Source: Escherichia phage EcS1. Taken from it: 64,000 bases of DNA. A program made the position numbers and the translations under genes. The notes under the pieces were generated by a model. The model was not told the origin of the DNA. It saw nothing but the letters and a program-made list of their open reading frames with translations, and ran no database searches. The stretch's first letter is position 1, and every line of letters begins with the position of its first letter. This document shows, piece after piece, positions 56,249-64,000 of the stretch. The stretch lies in sequence record NC_055721.1, one strand, 5' to 3'.

Positions 56249-56589
56249 TAGTAAAGGTCCTCGCTGAATAACATTGTTTCAGGTCCGCATCGATCAATTT
56301 TAACCTGACCTGCGTGTGTAGCAATAACCATAGCTTCTTCACGAGTCCAATAGTTTGAATATTGGTCAATGAAACCTTGATTAGGTTCAACAACATGACG
56401 TGTCTTGATAATACCTTTCAAAGCAGTCAAAATAGGATGATGTTCTTTAGAGTAATGTCTGACACATGGTATAACTAAAGGCTCACCATTTTGAAGTTCA
56501 TAACGGTTTGCAGCGCTTACAATACGACGTTGATATTTCTCATCATTGTTCCAATGAGCTACTTGCCAACAGATTTCAGGGATACTCAT
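56248..56589 (-). CDS. Hypothetical protein
   Basis: 113-aa ORF. Confidence 0.35.
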   Translation of the reverse strand: MSIPEICWQVAHWNNDEKYQRRIVSAANRYELQNGEPLVIPCVRHYSKEHHPILTALKGIIKTRHVVEPNQGFIDQYSNYWTREEAMVIATHAGQVKIDRCGPETMLFSEDLY

Positions 56590-56945
56590 TTAAACCAACC
56601 TTTAATTTTCTGCCACATAGACTTAGGTTCGCGAATACCAATCTGCTTAATGTCAGGAGTATTGTTCAATGCTTCACGCATCACAATAGTAAGTTTCTCA
56701 TTATGAATTTTTATAGCACCTGAAACGAATGAAGAAATAGCAGCCATGAAGTTATCACGTCGCCCAATTAATGAATCGCATTTAGTACTACGAATACAAG
56801 CATAAGAATTGTCTAAGTTCTTCATACGAGTAATTTCACCAAGATATTCACCTTTATACCAAATATCCCAGACTTTATCACCCCATTTATCGATACGAGT
56901 TTCAGCACAGCGACGAAGTTCGTTAATGATTTCAAGTTTATTCAT
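56586..56945 (-). CDS. Hypothetical protein
   Basis: 119-aa ORF. Confidence 0.35.
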   Translation of the reverse strand: MNKLEIINELRRCAETRIDKWGDKVWDIWYKGEYLGEITRMKNLDNSYACIRSTKCDSLIGRRDNFMAAISSFVSGAIKIHNEKLTIVMREALNNTPDIKQIGIREPKSMWQKIKGWFK

Positions 56946-56959
56946 GATATTTTCCTCAA

Positions 56960-57595
56960 TTAAGCCAGAACTTTAAGCATAGTTTGAACTTCAACCAATG
57001 AAGCAGTAGAAGTTGTGTCGATGTAAACGTTTTTGCCACCAATTTTAGTTGCAAAACCTGCATCAGAGAAAGCTTTAACCAGAGCTTCATCCATATTGTA
57101 ACCAAAGATACGAACCTTACCATCACGACGAACTTCGATCTGACGAATACCTTTAGTACGTTTGACCAAGCGAACTTCTAAGTTACTACGGTTTTCAGCG
57201 ATTTCTTTAACTTCAAATTCAGCGGCTTCCATTGCAACTTTAACTTCATCAGCCATTTTAGTCATTTCTGAAGTCACACCACGAGCACTACGTGTTTTAC
57301 GTACTTTAGTTAACTCAGGTTTTTCTTCGGCTGCATAGATGTCAGCAGCTTTGTTGATGATATCCATACCATCTTCAGTTACCATCAAACCATCAGCCGA
57401 TTTTTCGATGAAACCTTTTTTAATCAGAACACCAATGTTAGAGTTCACTGAAGAAGCATTAATTGTTTCAGCCAGGTTTTCACGGATTTCAGCTGAAGTG
57501 ATGAAGTTCTGCTTAACAACTTGAGTCAAGATTGCAGCAGTTTTTTCGTTCAGAGAATCTTCGGAAGCTTTGATGATATAAGTAATTTTAGACAT
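56960..57595 (-). CDS. motA: Middle-transcription activator MotA
   Basis: Start MSKITYIIKAS (T4 MSKVTYIIKAS); conserved NSNIGVLIKKG and C-terminal IFGY.M region. Confidence 0.9.
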   Translation of the reverse strand: MSKITYIIKASEDSLNEKTAAILTQVVKQNFITSAEIRENLAETINASSVNSNIGVLIKKGFIEKSADGLMVTEDGMDIINKAADIYAAEEKPELTKVRKTRSARGVTSEMTKMADEVKVAMEAAEFEVKEIAENRSNLEVRLVKRTKGIRQIEVRRDGKVRIFGYNMDEALVKAFSDAGFATKIGGKNVYIDTTSTASLVEVQTMLKVLA

Positions 57596-57638
57596 TTGAA
57601 ACTCCATTATGTTTTAATCAATTTGTTGGTGTAGGAGT

Positions 57639-57667
57639 ACTATACCATGTTTTGATGCTGTTGTAAA
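57639..57667 (-). promoter_or_regulatory. Early promoter for motA (-35 TTTACA, 17 bp, -10 TATAGT)
   Basis: Minus-strand reading; preceded by GAGCTCTT/AAGAGCTC hairpin at 57679-57698. Confidence 0.55.
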
Positions 57668-57709
57668 CACTTTATTTTGAGCTCTTTTTCAAGAGCTCTG
57701 GTAAAATGC

Positions 57710-57973
57710 TTATGCGTTATACTGTTTTGTTACTTCGTTTTGAATCGCTTTATGGTTTACTCTGAATTGTTCAGCTGTATTAACTGCAAAACCTGCAAGT
57801 GATGAAATGTTAGAACGAAGACCGGTTACTTCAAGAGAAATCATATCTTTTGAAACTGATTTGCTTTCACCAAATGTAAGTGTGAAGTTTTCAGCAGTGT
57901 CTGAATTAATTTTTTTGCAAAGAACCAGTAAAGTAACAGTGATTTCGTTTACGTTATCGTTAAAAGTATTCAT
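57710..57973 (-). CDS. Hypothetical small protein
   Basis: Start at internal ATG with GGAG RBS downstream of promoter. Confidence 0.35.
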   Translation of the reverse strand: MNTFNDNVNEITVTLLVLCKKINSDTAENFTLTFGESKSVSKDMISLEVTGLRSNISSLAGFAVNTAEQFRVNHKAIQNEVTKQYNA

Positions 57974-58013
57974 TTTGTATCTCCAGTTTGTTTCATTTTG
58001 TTGGTGTAGAAGC

Positions 58014-58042
58014 ATAATACCATGTTCCTACACCGTTGTACA
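58014..58042 (-). promoter_or_regulatory. Early-type promoter cassette (duplicate of 40170-40198) with GGTGTAG/CTACACC inverted repeat
   Basis: ~45 bp near-identical to 40151-40198. Confidence 0.45.
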
Positions 58043-58044
58043 TA

Positions 58045-58698
58045 CTAAAGTGAAAAAGATTTGCAAAGTTTCCACTGAATTTCTGCATAAGCATATTTGT
58101 AGCCTAAATCCATCATTTCACTGATGAAGTAAGACTTGTTATCACGATTCAATGTATAAAGTCCTACAGCCAATTTAGTAGGCTTAGCAACACGTTTCAC
58201 TTCACCGCCAAAGTTAGGTGAAGAAGGCTTTTGAGAACGTGGTAGTTCTTGGTTAGTGAAAGCAGCTACATCGAATTCTGATTCTTGACGAGTATGGCCA
58301 GCATTAATCATCCAAGATTCATTGAACCCAAAACGACCTTTTATTGGCAGTTTAGCACGAGCATGTTTGTCACCAAGCTCAAGAGCTTTAGCACGCCATA
58401 CTTTATCGTGTCCATGACCTTCAGTTAATGCATGAGCTAGTTCATGAAGAATAATTTCTTCAACACATTCAGCTGGGATAGCAAAGAACCAATGCGCTTG
58501 AAAAGCAATTAGCTTTTTGCGATAGCTGCAATGAGCAATTTCATGTTTACGAGTAGAAGAAACTATTTTGAAGTCCCATCCATCTAAACCGTGTTGCTTA
58601 CACTTGGCTTCAAAGAAACCTTTAGCTGAATCCACTGAGTGGAATAAAACTCCATTGTGATAAAAAGCTTTGGAAGCGATACGTTCGATAAGATTCAT
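58045..58698 (-). CDS. Putative zinc metallopeptidase-like protein (HExxH motif; SprT/Wss1-like)
   Basis: ILHELAHALTEGHGHD contains HExxH plus downstream His; family assignment tentative. Confidence 0.4.
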   Translation of the reverse strand: MNLIERIASKAFYHNGVLFHSVDSAKGFFEAKCKQHGLDGWDFKIVSSTRKHEIAHCSYRKKLIAFQAHWFFAIPAECVEEIILHELAHALTEGHGHDKVWRAKALELGDKHARAKLPIKGRFGFNESWMINAGHTRQESEFDVAAFTNQELPRSQKPSSPNFGGEVKRVAKPTKLAVGLYTLNRDNKSYFISEMMDLGYKYAYAEIQWKLCKSFSL

Positions 58699-58726
58699 TT
58701 TGTTTCTCCATGTTGGTAGGATTGCT

Positions 58727-58754
58727 ATCTTATCATGTCTAGAGCAAAAGTAAA
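58727..58754 (-). promoter_or_regulatory. Early promoter (-35 TTTACT, 16 bp, -10 TAAGAT)
   Basis: Upstream of ATG 58698 (GGAG RBS). Confidence 0.45.
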
Positions 58755-58869
58755 CAGCCAATAAAAATATTTTTGGATGCGTAGGACAACGCCAGGGAGA
58801 TTTAATTTGAGAGGATGTAGAAACATAAAAGGGGCCCCTTTCGGAGTCCCTGCGCGTATCTGGCTAACC

Positions 58870-60243
58870 TTATTTGATTTCTTTAAGGTCTTTGGTGTAT
58901 TCAGTAACGACATCAGTCGTCTTCCAATACTCATGTTCTTCTTTTTTAGCTTTAGCTTCAAGTGCAAGCTTCTTGGCTTCATCAGAAGTAATATGATAGA
59001 TGTTCATTGCAACAAGTTTATCAGCATAATCAGGCCAAGTCTGAGAGACTTCTTCTAACAACTCTTTACGAGTCTTGCCTTGTAATACGATCTTACCATC
59101 AATAACTGTTTTAATGAATTGAGCCTTAGCCAAAGCTAATTTAAAGGCTTCTTCAGTTTCACAGATTTTAAGGTCAATACGTTTTTGAATATAAACTTTA
59201 CGAACATCGACGAATCGACGAATCAAATCAGAAGCACATGTGAATTCTTCTAATTTACCCTTCTCATTAATTACTGTAATGTTCTGGGTACGTCGTTCAA
59301 CAAGCCCAAAGTCTTTCATGATTTTTTCATGTCGTTGTTCTTCATCTTCACTAAGAATATATTCTTTACGAAGTTTAACCTTGAAGCCAAAACCGGTTTT
59401 AGAACAATCATCATCATATGTAATGAAACCAGCATCTTCAAGTGGGTCAAGAATCTTGGTTACATATTTTTCACGGTCCCACTTATATGGAACTTCACTG
59501 ATATAAAGCTGAGTTCGTGAAGTGAATTTATACTTACCACGAATTTCATATTTACCTGGCTCAGTTGTAATAACTTCACCTTCGAATCGTGGGAAAACCA
59601 CATCAGGTTCTTTATTCAACTTACCTTTAAGAGCTAGTTTAGTACACTCAACAACAGATGCTAAACCATGCGGCATGATGTTAGTAGCATACCCTGTAGC
59701 GATACCAGACACACCATTCAAAAGAACAGTTGGAATCACAGGCAAATAAAAACGTGGTGGGATATGTTCTTTATCTTCGTGTTCAGGAGCATATTCAGAG
59801 TCTTTATAAATGTGATAGAAGTTCTCTGAAACTCGCCCGAAAATATAACGTGATGCTGCCGCTTCTTGAACTAATCGAGAACCAAAGTTACCTTCGCCAT
59901 CTAGCATTGGAAGATTATTGTTCCAATCGTTCGCCATTAATGCGCCTGCATCTTGGGCTGAACCTTCGCCATGGTGATAACCCAAGTCGGCTACGCCACC
60001 TGCAATAGAAGCAAGTTTATGGAACTTAGTTTTATTACCACGAGCTAAATCTAATGCACGATGGACCACAAATCGTTGGACTGGTTTAAAGCCATCAATC
60101 ATATTAGGAATGGCCCGGTTTTCAACCGTATACATTGCATAAGCTAAGGCTTCGTTATCGATAATACTTTTTAGACCACGAATATTCAATGAATCTAAAG
60201 TATCTGTTGTTTGCTTAAAAACAATATCTAAAATATCTGCCAT
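58870..60243 (-). CDS. 52: DNA topoisomerase II medium subunit gp52
   Basis: 457 aa (T4 gp52 442); GyrA/ParC-like N-terminal region; position after motA. Confidence 0.8.
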   Translation of the reverse strand: MADILDIVFKQTTDTLDSLNIRGLKSIIDNEALAYAMYTVENRAIPNMIDGFKPVQRFVVHRALDLARGNKTKFHKLASIAGGVADLGYHHGEGSAQDAGALMANDWNNNLPMLDGEGNFGSRLVQEAAASRYIFGRVSENFYHIYKDSEYAPEHEDKEHIPPRFYLPVIPTVLLNGVSGIATGYATNIMPHGLASVVECTKLALKGKLNKEPDVVFPRFEGEVITTEPGKYEIRGKYKFTSRTQLYISEVPYKWDREKYVTKILDPLEDAGFITYDDDCSKTGFGFKVKLRKEYILSEDEEQRHEKIMKDFGLVERRTQNITVINEKGKLEEFTCASDLIRRFVDVRKVYIQKRIDLKICETEEAFKLALAKAQFIKTVIDGKIVLQGKTRKELLEEVSQTWPDYADKLVAMNIYHITSDEAKKLALEAKAKKEEHEYWKTTDVVTEYTKDLKEIK

Positions 60244-60378
60244 TTTAAAATCCTAGTAATGAACCGATGTTTAGTATAACATCAAATAAGAATAGCATAA
60301 TAGAAATAACTCCATAAGATATCCCTATACATATTGCCAAAAAGAGCACCACAAGGGTGTCCATAATAGTTGTTAGTT

Positions 60379-60537
60379 TCATGAATTAGCGTGTCTAATC
60401 CAACCACAGAAAGAAGAAATAACCCAAACGATTAAGAATCCACCAATTGCAAAGGCCGAAGGAACCCATGCACCAGCGAAATACATTGTTGTCATAATGA
60501 TAGCTAAAATAAATTCAAGAAAATAAATTAAGACCAT
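60379..60537 (-). CDS. Small hydrophobic membrane peptide (52 aa), one of four tandem tiny ORFs (ac-like region)
   Basis: Manually translated MVLIYFLEFILAIIMTTMYFAGAWVPSAFAIGGFLIVWVISSFCGWIRHANS; not in ORF track. Confidence 0.3.
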   Translation of the reverse strand: MVLIYFLEFILAIIMTTMYFAGAWVPSAFAIGGFLIVWVISSFCGWIRHANS

Positions 60538-60661
60538 GATTAATCCTTGATACTTAGTAAGAGAATCAATGCCAAAGAACCTTGAGCTACACTTTGCGAA
60601 ATTACAGTAGCTTCACCAGTATGAAGAGTCCAGAAACATAGACCAGCCCAAATGCAAGCAC

Positions 60662-60825
60662 AAATACCTTTTACCATTTAATCACCCCACAGAGAATAGC
60701 TAGACGTTCGAAGCCGATAAATGCAACACTAAAACAAATAACGGCAACAACGGTAGAAGTAACTGGGAGACCTGCCCATAAGAAGGTTCCCATACAAGTC
60801 ATAACGGCTGTCATAAAAAGATAGC
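60662..60825 (-). CDS. Small hydrophobic membrane peptide (~54 aa)
   Basis: Manually translated MLLGYLFMTAVMTCMGTFLWAGLPVTSTVVAVICFSVAFIGFERLAILCGVIKW; coordinates approximate. Confidence 0.3.
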
Positions 60826-60848
60826 CTAATAGCATTATATCTCGCATA

Positions 60849-61310
60849 TTAACTCTGCAGAATAAAGTTAAAATTATCGCCTAACATCAAGTTCATTTCT
60901 GTGATGTTCTGATATTCTTCATTATGGCGACGAGTGAAAGCTAAAGCCAATTGACCTTTGCCAAAACCAGTAGTCAATGGTTTCATTTTTTCGATTGGTA
61001 GATAAAGCACTTCATACAGAACACCATTGTAGTGCATGGTACGGTTTGCTTGGCTACGGTCAGAACGAATGTTACTAAGTACACCACGGAAGCCATGACC
61101 AGAACGTTGACGACCAATTGCAAAACGAGCAGCAACTTGACGATAACCCATAGCGCCTTTAACAACAAAATAAAAACCAGGCTGAGCTAGCACTTCATTA
61201 TCTACATAACCAACTGTTTCGCCATTACGGATAAAACAAACAGTAGTAGCGCCAACATCTTTCAGAATATCACGGGTCATATTTGTACGGGTCATATTTG
61301 TACGGGTCAT
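60849..61310 (-). CDS. ndd: Nucleoid disruption protein Ndd
   Basis: Matches T4 Ndd as recalled (PGFYF, KMKPLTTGFGKGQLALAFTR identical, NFKF.LQ); start at first ATG after GAGGAA RBS, inside a 15-bp tandem repeat. Confidence 0.85.
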   Translation of the reverse strand: MTRTNMTRTNMTRDILKDVGATTVCFIRNGETVGYVDNEVLAQPGFYFVVKGAMGYRQVAARFAIGRQRSGHGFRGVLSNIRSDRSQANRTMHYNGVLYEVLYLPIEKMKPLTTGFGKGQLALAFTRRHNEEYQNITEMNLMLGDNFNFILQS

Positions 61311-61313
61311 ATT
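61272..61313 (-). repeat. In-frame 15-bp tandem repeat (ACGGGTCATATTTGT x2.8) encoding MTRTN-MTRTN-MTRD at the ndd 5' end
   Basis: Two perfect copies plus 12-bp partial copy; each unit carries an ATG on the coding strand. Confidence 0.85.
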
Positions 61314-61452
61314 AATTTCCTCAATAAGTTTAAGTTTTATACTCCACGGACATTTTAACATGTCCGGTTTAAAGCTTACCACCATCCAAAGTACTGTGGA
61401 GCCATTAGTCCAATTAAAAAGAAACCAATCATCATTAAAATACGGTCATAAT

Positions 61453-61641
61453 TCATTTGTTAGCCCCATTCCAGATAACTTCTACGACTGATTTTAAACC
61501 TTCTTTTTGAACAGCATCAACAAGATTGTATGCAACCCAACCTTGGAAAGCCCATGAAGCCAAAATCGCTACAAGTACAAAACCAAAGAACCACGGGAAC
61601 ACTTTAGAAATCCATGAACCTTGACGATTAAGTTTACGCAT
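61453..61641 (-). CDS. Small membrane protein (ndd.x-like)
   Basis: 62-aa ORF with central hydrophobic helix (WFFGFVLVAILASWAF). Confidence 0.35.
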   Translation of the reverse strand: MRKLNRQGSWISKVFPWFFGFVLVAILASWAFQGWVAYNLVDAVQKEGLKSVVEVIWNGANK

Positions 61642-61791
61642 ATTTTCCTCAGAAATAGTAATTAAAAGTTATCCAGAATAAATCCCAACACAACACTGTA
61701 ACAGCAGTTAAAGATAGTGCTAAGCAAACTAAGATGTTTCGAAGCCAAATCTTTAAAGTTTTCATAAGTACTCCCATGTTTGTGTAGGAGT

Positions 61792-61820
61792 ACTATACCA
61801 TGTTAATCAGACGTTGTAAA
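61792..61820 (-). promoter_or_regulatory. Early promoter (-35 TTTACA, 17 bp, -10 TATAGT) overlapping 3' end of denB-like gene
   Basis: Cassette similar to motA promoter; drives tiny TM ORF at ~61649-61765. Confidence 0.45.
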
Positions 61821-62444
61821 CACCTTACATGCACATGAGTCTTCCCAGCCCCAATCAACACGTCCTGAGATATACCAACCAGTGAAATTACTCTTTGCAA
61901 CTAATCCGGCTTCCTTTTTGAATGCCATCTTGTCTGCAAGTACGTAAGGGATAAGCCTGTACGCGCCAGGACCCATCTTCTCAACACGGAATATAATTAT
62001 AACGTCTGATACAGAGAATTCAATGAACGGCCCCAGGTTAATCCCATAACCACCTGGATATCGTCCGAACTGACCAGTTGTACATCCTACCCACTGTTTC
62101 TGACCTATACGTTCAGGGTTCAACATACTTGTCTTAACTTCAACTCGCAATCCAGAATACTTAGGATGAGCCAGCACATCGTATGCATACGTGTAAGGGT
62201 CTTTGAGATTTTCGCCACCATGATTAATGTAGCCATCAAGATGGTCAGCTACATAACGTTCGGCAATGATAGCTGGGATACAACGATCAGTAACTTCTTC
62301 GAGGTCTTGTTCAGGGTCTTGAGACATCGAATAACGAACAGTGTCTTTAATCTTTACTTTATCTTCAGGACTCAAATCCTTGACCGTGAAAGTCTGTGTC
62401 TTCAATTCGCTCAATCGGACCCAGCCCGGATTCGTCAGTTCCAT
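61803..62444 (-). CDS. Hypothetical protein, possibly endonuclease IV (DenB) by synteny; start uncertain
   Basis: Position between ndd and rIIB as T4 denB; N-terminal 80 nt overlap with upstream ORF. Confidence 0.35.
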   Translation of the reverse strand: MELTNPGWVRLSELKTQTFTVKDLSPEDKVKIKDTVRYSMSQDPEQDLEEVTDRCIPAIIAERYVADHLDGYINHGGENLKDPYTYAYDVLAHPKYSGLRVEVKTSMLNPERIGQKQWVGCTTGQFGRYPGGYGINLGPFIEFSVSDVIIIFRVEKMGPGAYRLIPYVLADKMAFKKEAGLVAKSNFTGWYISGRVDWGWEDSCACKVFTTSD

Positions 62445-62706
62445 AAGTTACTTCACCTGTATCAAGTTTAACACATTTAACATAGATAACGCCGTAATAG
62501 ATTCGGTCGTCATGATTTAGTTTGTTACGATCTAATGCATCGATTTCTTCATCAGTTAAACCAACAAATAAATCTTTAACTACAAGAATACCATCATACT
62601 TCTCATCAAAAATCACATCTTTACAATATACGATATCTGCTTTATGATTACCATGAAGGAAAATCTTATTGATTTTCTTATCGCCTTCATTCATATAATT
62701 AATCAT
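62365..62706 (-). CDS. Hypothetical protein
   Basis: 113-aa ORF. Confidence 0.35.
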   Translation of the reverse strand: MINYMNEGDKKINKIFLHGNHKADIVYCKDVIFDEKYDGILVVKDLFVGLTDEEIDALDRNKLNHDDRIYYGVIYVKCVKLDTGEVTYGTDESGLGPIERIEDTDFHGQGFES

Positions 62707-62736
62707 TTGACCTCAATAAGGGCCGAAGCCCTTTAT

Positions 62737-62937
62737 TTAGAAATTTGCAATACGATCATCAAGACAATTTTCGTAAGCTTGCATTGCATCAAGCTGTAGC
62801 TGCATACGAATTCGTTCTTGTGGATTAACATTATCAAATGCAGCTGAAGCTACAAAGGTCATCAGTGCACGAACTTTAATATTAAGTTCATCACGTTCTT
62901 CTACTACACGCTGTTGATATGGAGCAAACATAAACAC
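62737..62937 (-). CDS. Hypothetical small protein
   Basis: 66-aa ORF flanked by UUCG hairpins. Confidence 0.3.
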   Translation of the reverse strand: MFMFAPYQQRVVEERDELNIKVRALMTFVASAAFDNVNPQERIRMQLQLDAMQAYENCLDDRIANF

Positions 62938-62974
62938 CTCTAAATGAAGAAGGAGACCGAAGTCTCCTTATGAA

Positions 62975-63976
62975 TTATAATGAACCAGCTTTGAAAGCTT
63001 CTGTTTTATCTTCAAGAACCAGATAACCCGTGGTACGCATTTTAGCATTGTGGTAATCAATGGGGATACTTACAACATCACGTGGGTGGACTTTAACAGA
63101 CACGACTTTGTTATTCGCACAGCCACCATAACTACCAAGGTAAGATTTAGAACAAACATGCAGACCATGAGAACAAGTACGGTTATCGTCTTCATCAACT
63201 TGGTTACGTGGAACGCTCAGAGTTTTACCTGGGCTATTGTCCATCTTACCGGTGTAGATATCTTTATAGTCTTCAGCTACTTTCTTCCAAGCGATGAAGT
63301 AACCATCAGCAGTGATTTGAATATCATTAGCTTCTAGGAAATCGTACAGACGATAAACAGCTTTACGGCTTGGGTTCAACATCAAGTTTTCAAGGAATGG
63401 CAACAAGAAGGTGAATTCTTTGCCTTCTTCCATCAGAGTCAGAATACGCTTAGTCAGACCAGAATCGATAGCTAGATCTTTATAAGTCAGTTCACCATCT
63501 TCAATTTTAACGTTACCTTTAACGAAGGCCTTTACAGCGCGTTCAACGTTAATCAGGTCAAGTGCAGCTTGAATATCACCATCAACCAGTTTCTGTAGAG
63601 CTTGTTTGAAATTAGGATGATCTTTATCTGCGTTCCAAGTTTCACGACCCTGAGAGATAGAGATGAACTTAGAGTTAGCATTCCAGATGAATTCAGGAGC
63701 ACGAGTAGCTAGATGATTTTTAAGTTTAGTTATGTCAACAGAACCATTCAAATAAACTGTGGTTGAAGCCGCTTTAGTCAAGGCTTCTTTAATCAAAGTT
63801 TTACCCGATTTGATTTCTACTTTAGTCAGAGTAGGTTCAACTTCTTTAATAACACGACGAATAGTGTCAGGCGATACACCATAATCACGAGCCAATTCAG
63901 ATTTATTTTTCAGACCTGACTTAAAGGTCTTCACGATTTTTGCTTTTTCGGTTTTAGAAAGAATTGATACAGCCAT
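62975..63976 (-). CDS. rIIB: rIIB lysis-inhibition / rapid-lysis protein
   Basis: Matches T4 rIIB as recalled (VSPDTIRRV, FLENL..NPS.KAV.RL.DFL.ANDI.IT.DGYF.AWK, CS.GLHVCSKSY, VKVHPRDVVSIPIDY..AKMRT). Confidence 0.85.
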   Translation of the reverse strand: MAVSILSKTEKAKIVKTFKSGLKNKSELARDYGVSPDTIRRVIKEVEPTLTKVEIKSGKTLIKEALTKAASTTVYLNGSVDITKLKNHLATRAPEFIWNANSKFISISQGRETWNADKDHPNFKQALQKLVDGDIQAALDLINVERAVKAFVKGNVKIEDGELTYKDLAIDSGLTKRILTLMEEGKEFTFLLPFLENLMLNPSRKAVYRLYDFLEANDIQITADGYFIAWKKVAEDYKDIYTGKMDNSPGKTLSVPRNQVDEDDNRTCSHGLHVCSKSYLGSYGGCANNKVVSVKVHPRDVVSIPIDYHNAKMRTTGYLVLEDKTEAFKAGSL

Positions 63977-64000
63977 TATATTTACCTTTAGTAGGGGCTC

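Noticed and set aside
58827-58850. GGGGCCCC-containing segment considered as a terminator hairpin
   Set aside because: GGGGCCCC is self-complementary without a loop and the flanks do not pair; no convincing stem-loop
1-64000. CRISPR arrays, integrase/transposase genes or prophage attachment sites
   Set aside because: No spaced direct-repeat array and no recombinase-like ORF seen; gene content is that of a lytic T4-like phage

Overview
The window reads as a contiguous segment of a T4-like (Tevenvirinae-type) lytic myovirus genome, colinear with the T4 map from the 3' end of gene 24 through rIIB. All protein calls rest on my recall of T4 protein sequences and conserved motifs plus synteny; no database search or alignment was run, so no identity percentages are given. 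Gene blocks in order: capsid/decoration (24-like, rnlB, hoc, a second Hoc-related gene, inh-like), recombination (uvsW, uvsW.1, uvsY), baseplate and tail (25, 26, 51, 27, 28, 29, 48, 54), alt, DNA ligase and a run of small 30.x-like genes, rIII-like, 31, cd, an accessory island carrying a class I DAHP synthase, pseT, spanins, alc, rnlA, denA, nrdB, nrdA, a free-standing GIY-YIG endonuclease, td, frd, 32, 59, 33, dsbA, rnh, long tail fibre genes 34-37, two tandem gp38-like adhesins, holin t, asiA, motA, 52, ndd, denB-like and rIIB. td and nrdB are uninterrupted (no introns). Non-coding signals are T4-typical: UUCG-tetraloop hairpins between cistrons, TATAAATA late-promoter boxes upstream of plus-strand late genes, and sigma70-like early promoters (TTTACA, 16-17 bp, TAnnnT) upstream of minus-strand early genes. 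The best candidates for something new are the DAHP synthase island, the duplicated gp38-like adhesins, the Hoc-related protein with inverted domain order, the antisense homing endonuclease, and promoter-embedded inverted repeats that would sequester ribosome binding sites in read-through transcripts. No CRISPR array, tRNA, integrase or transposase was found.
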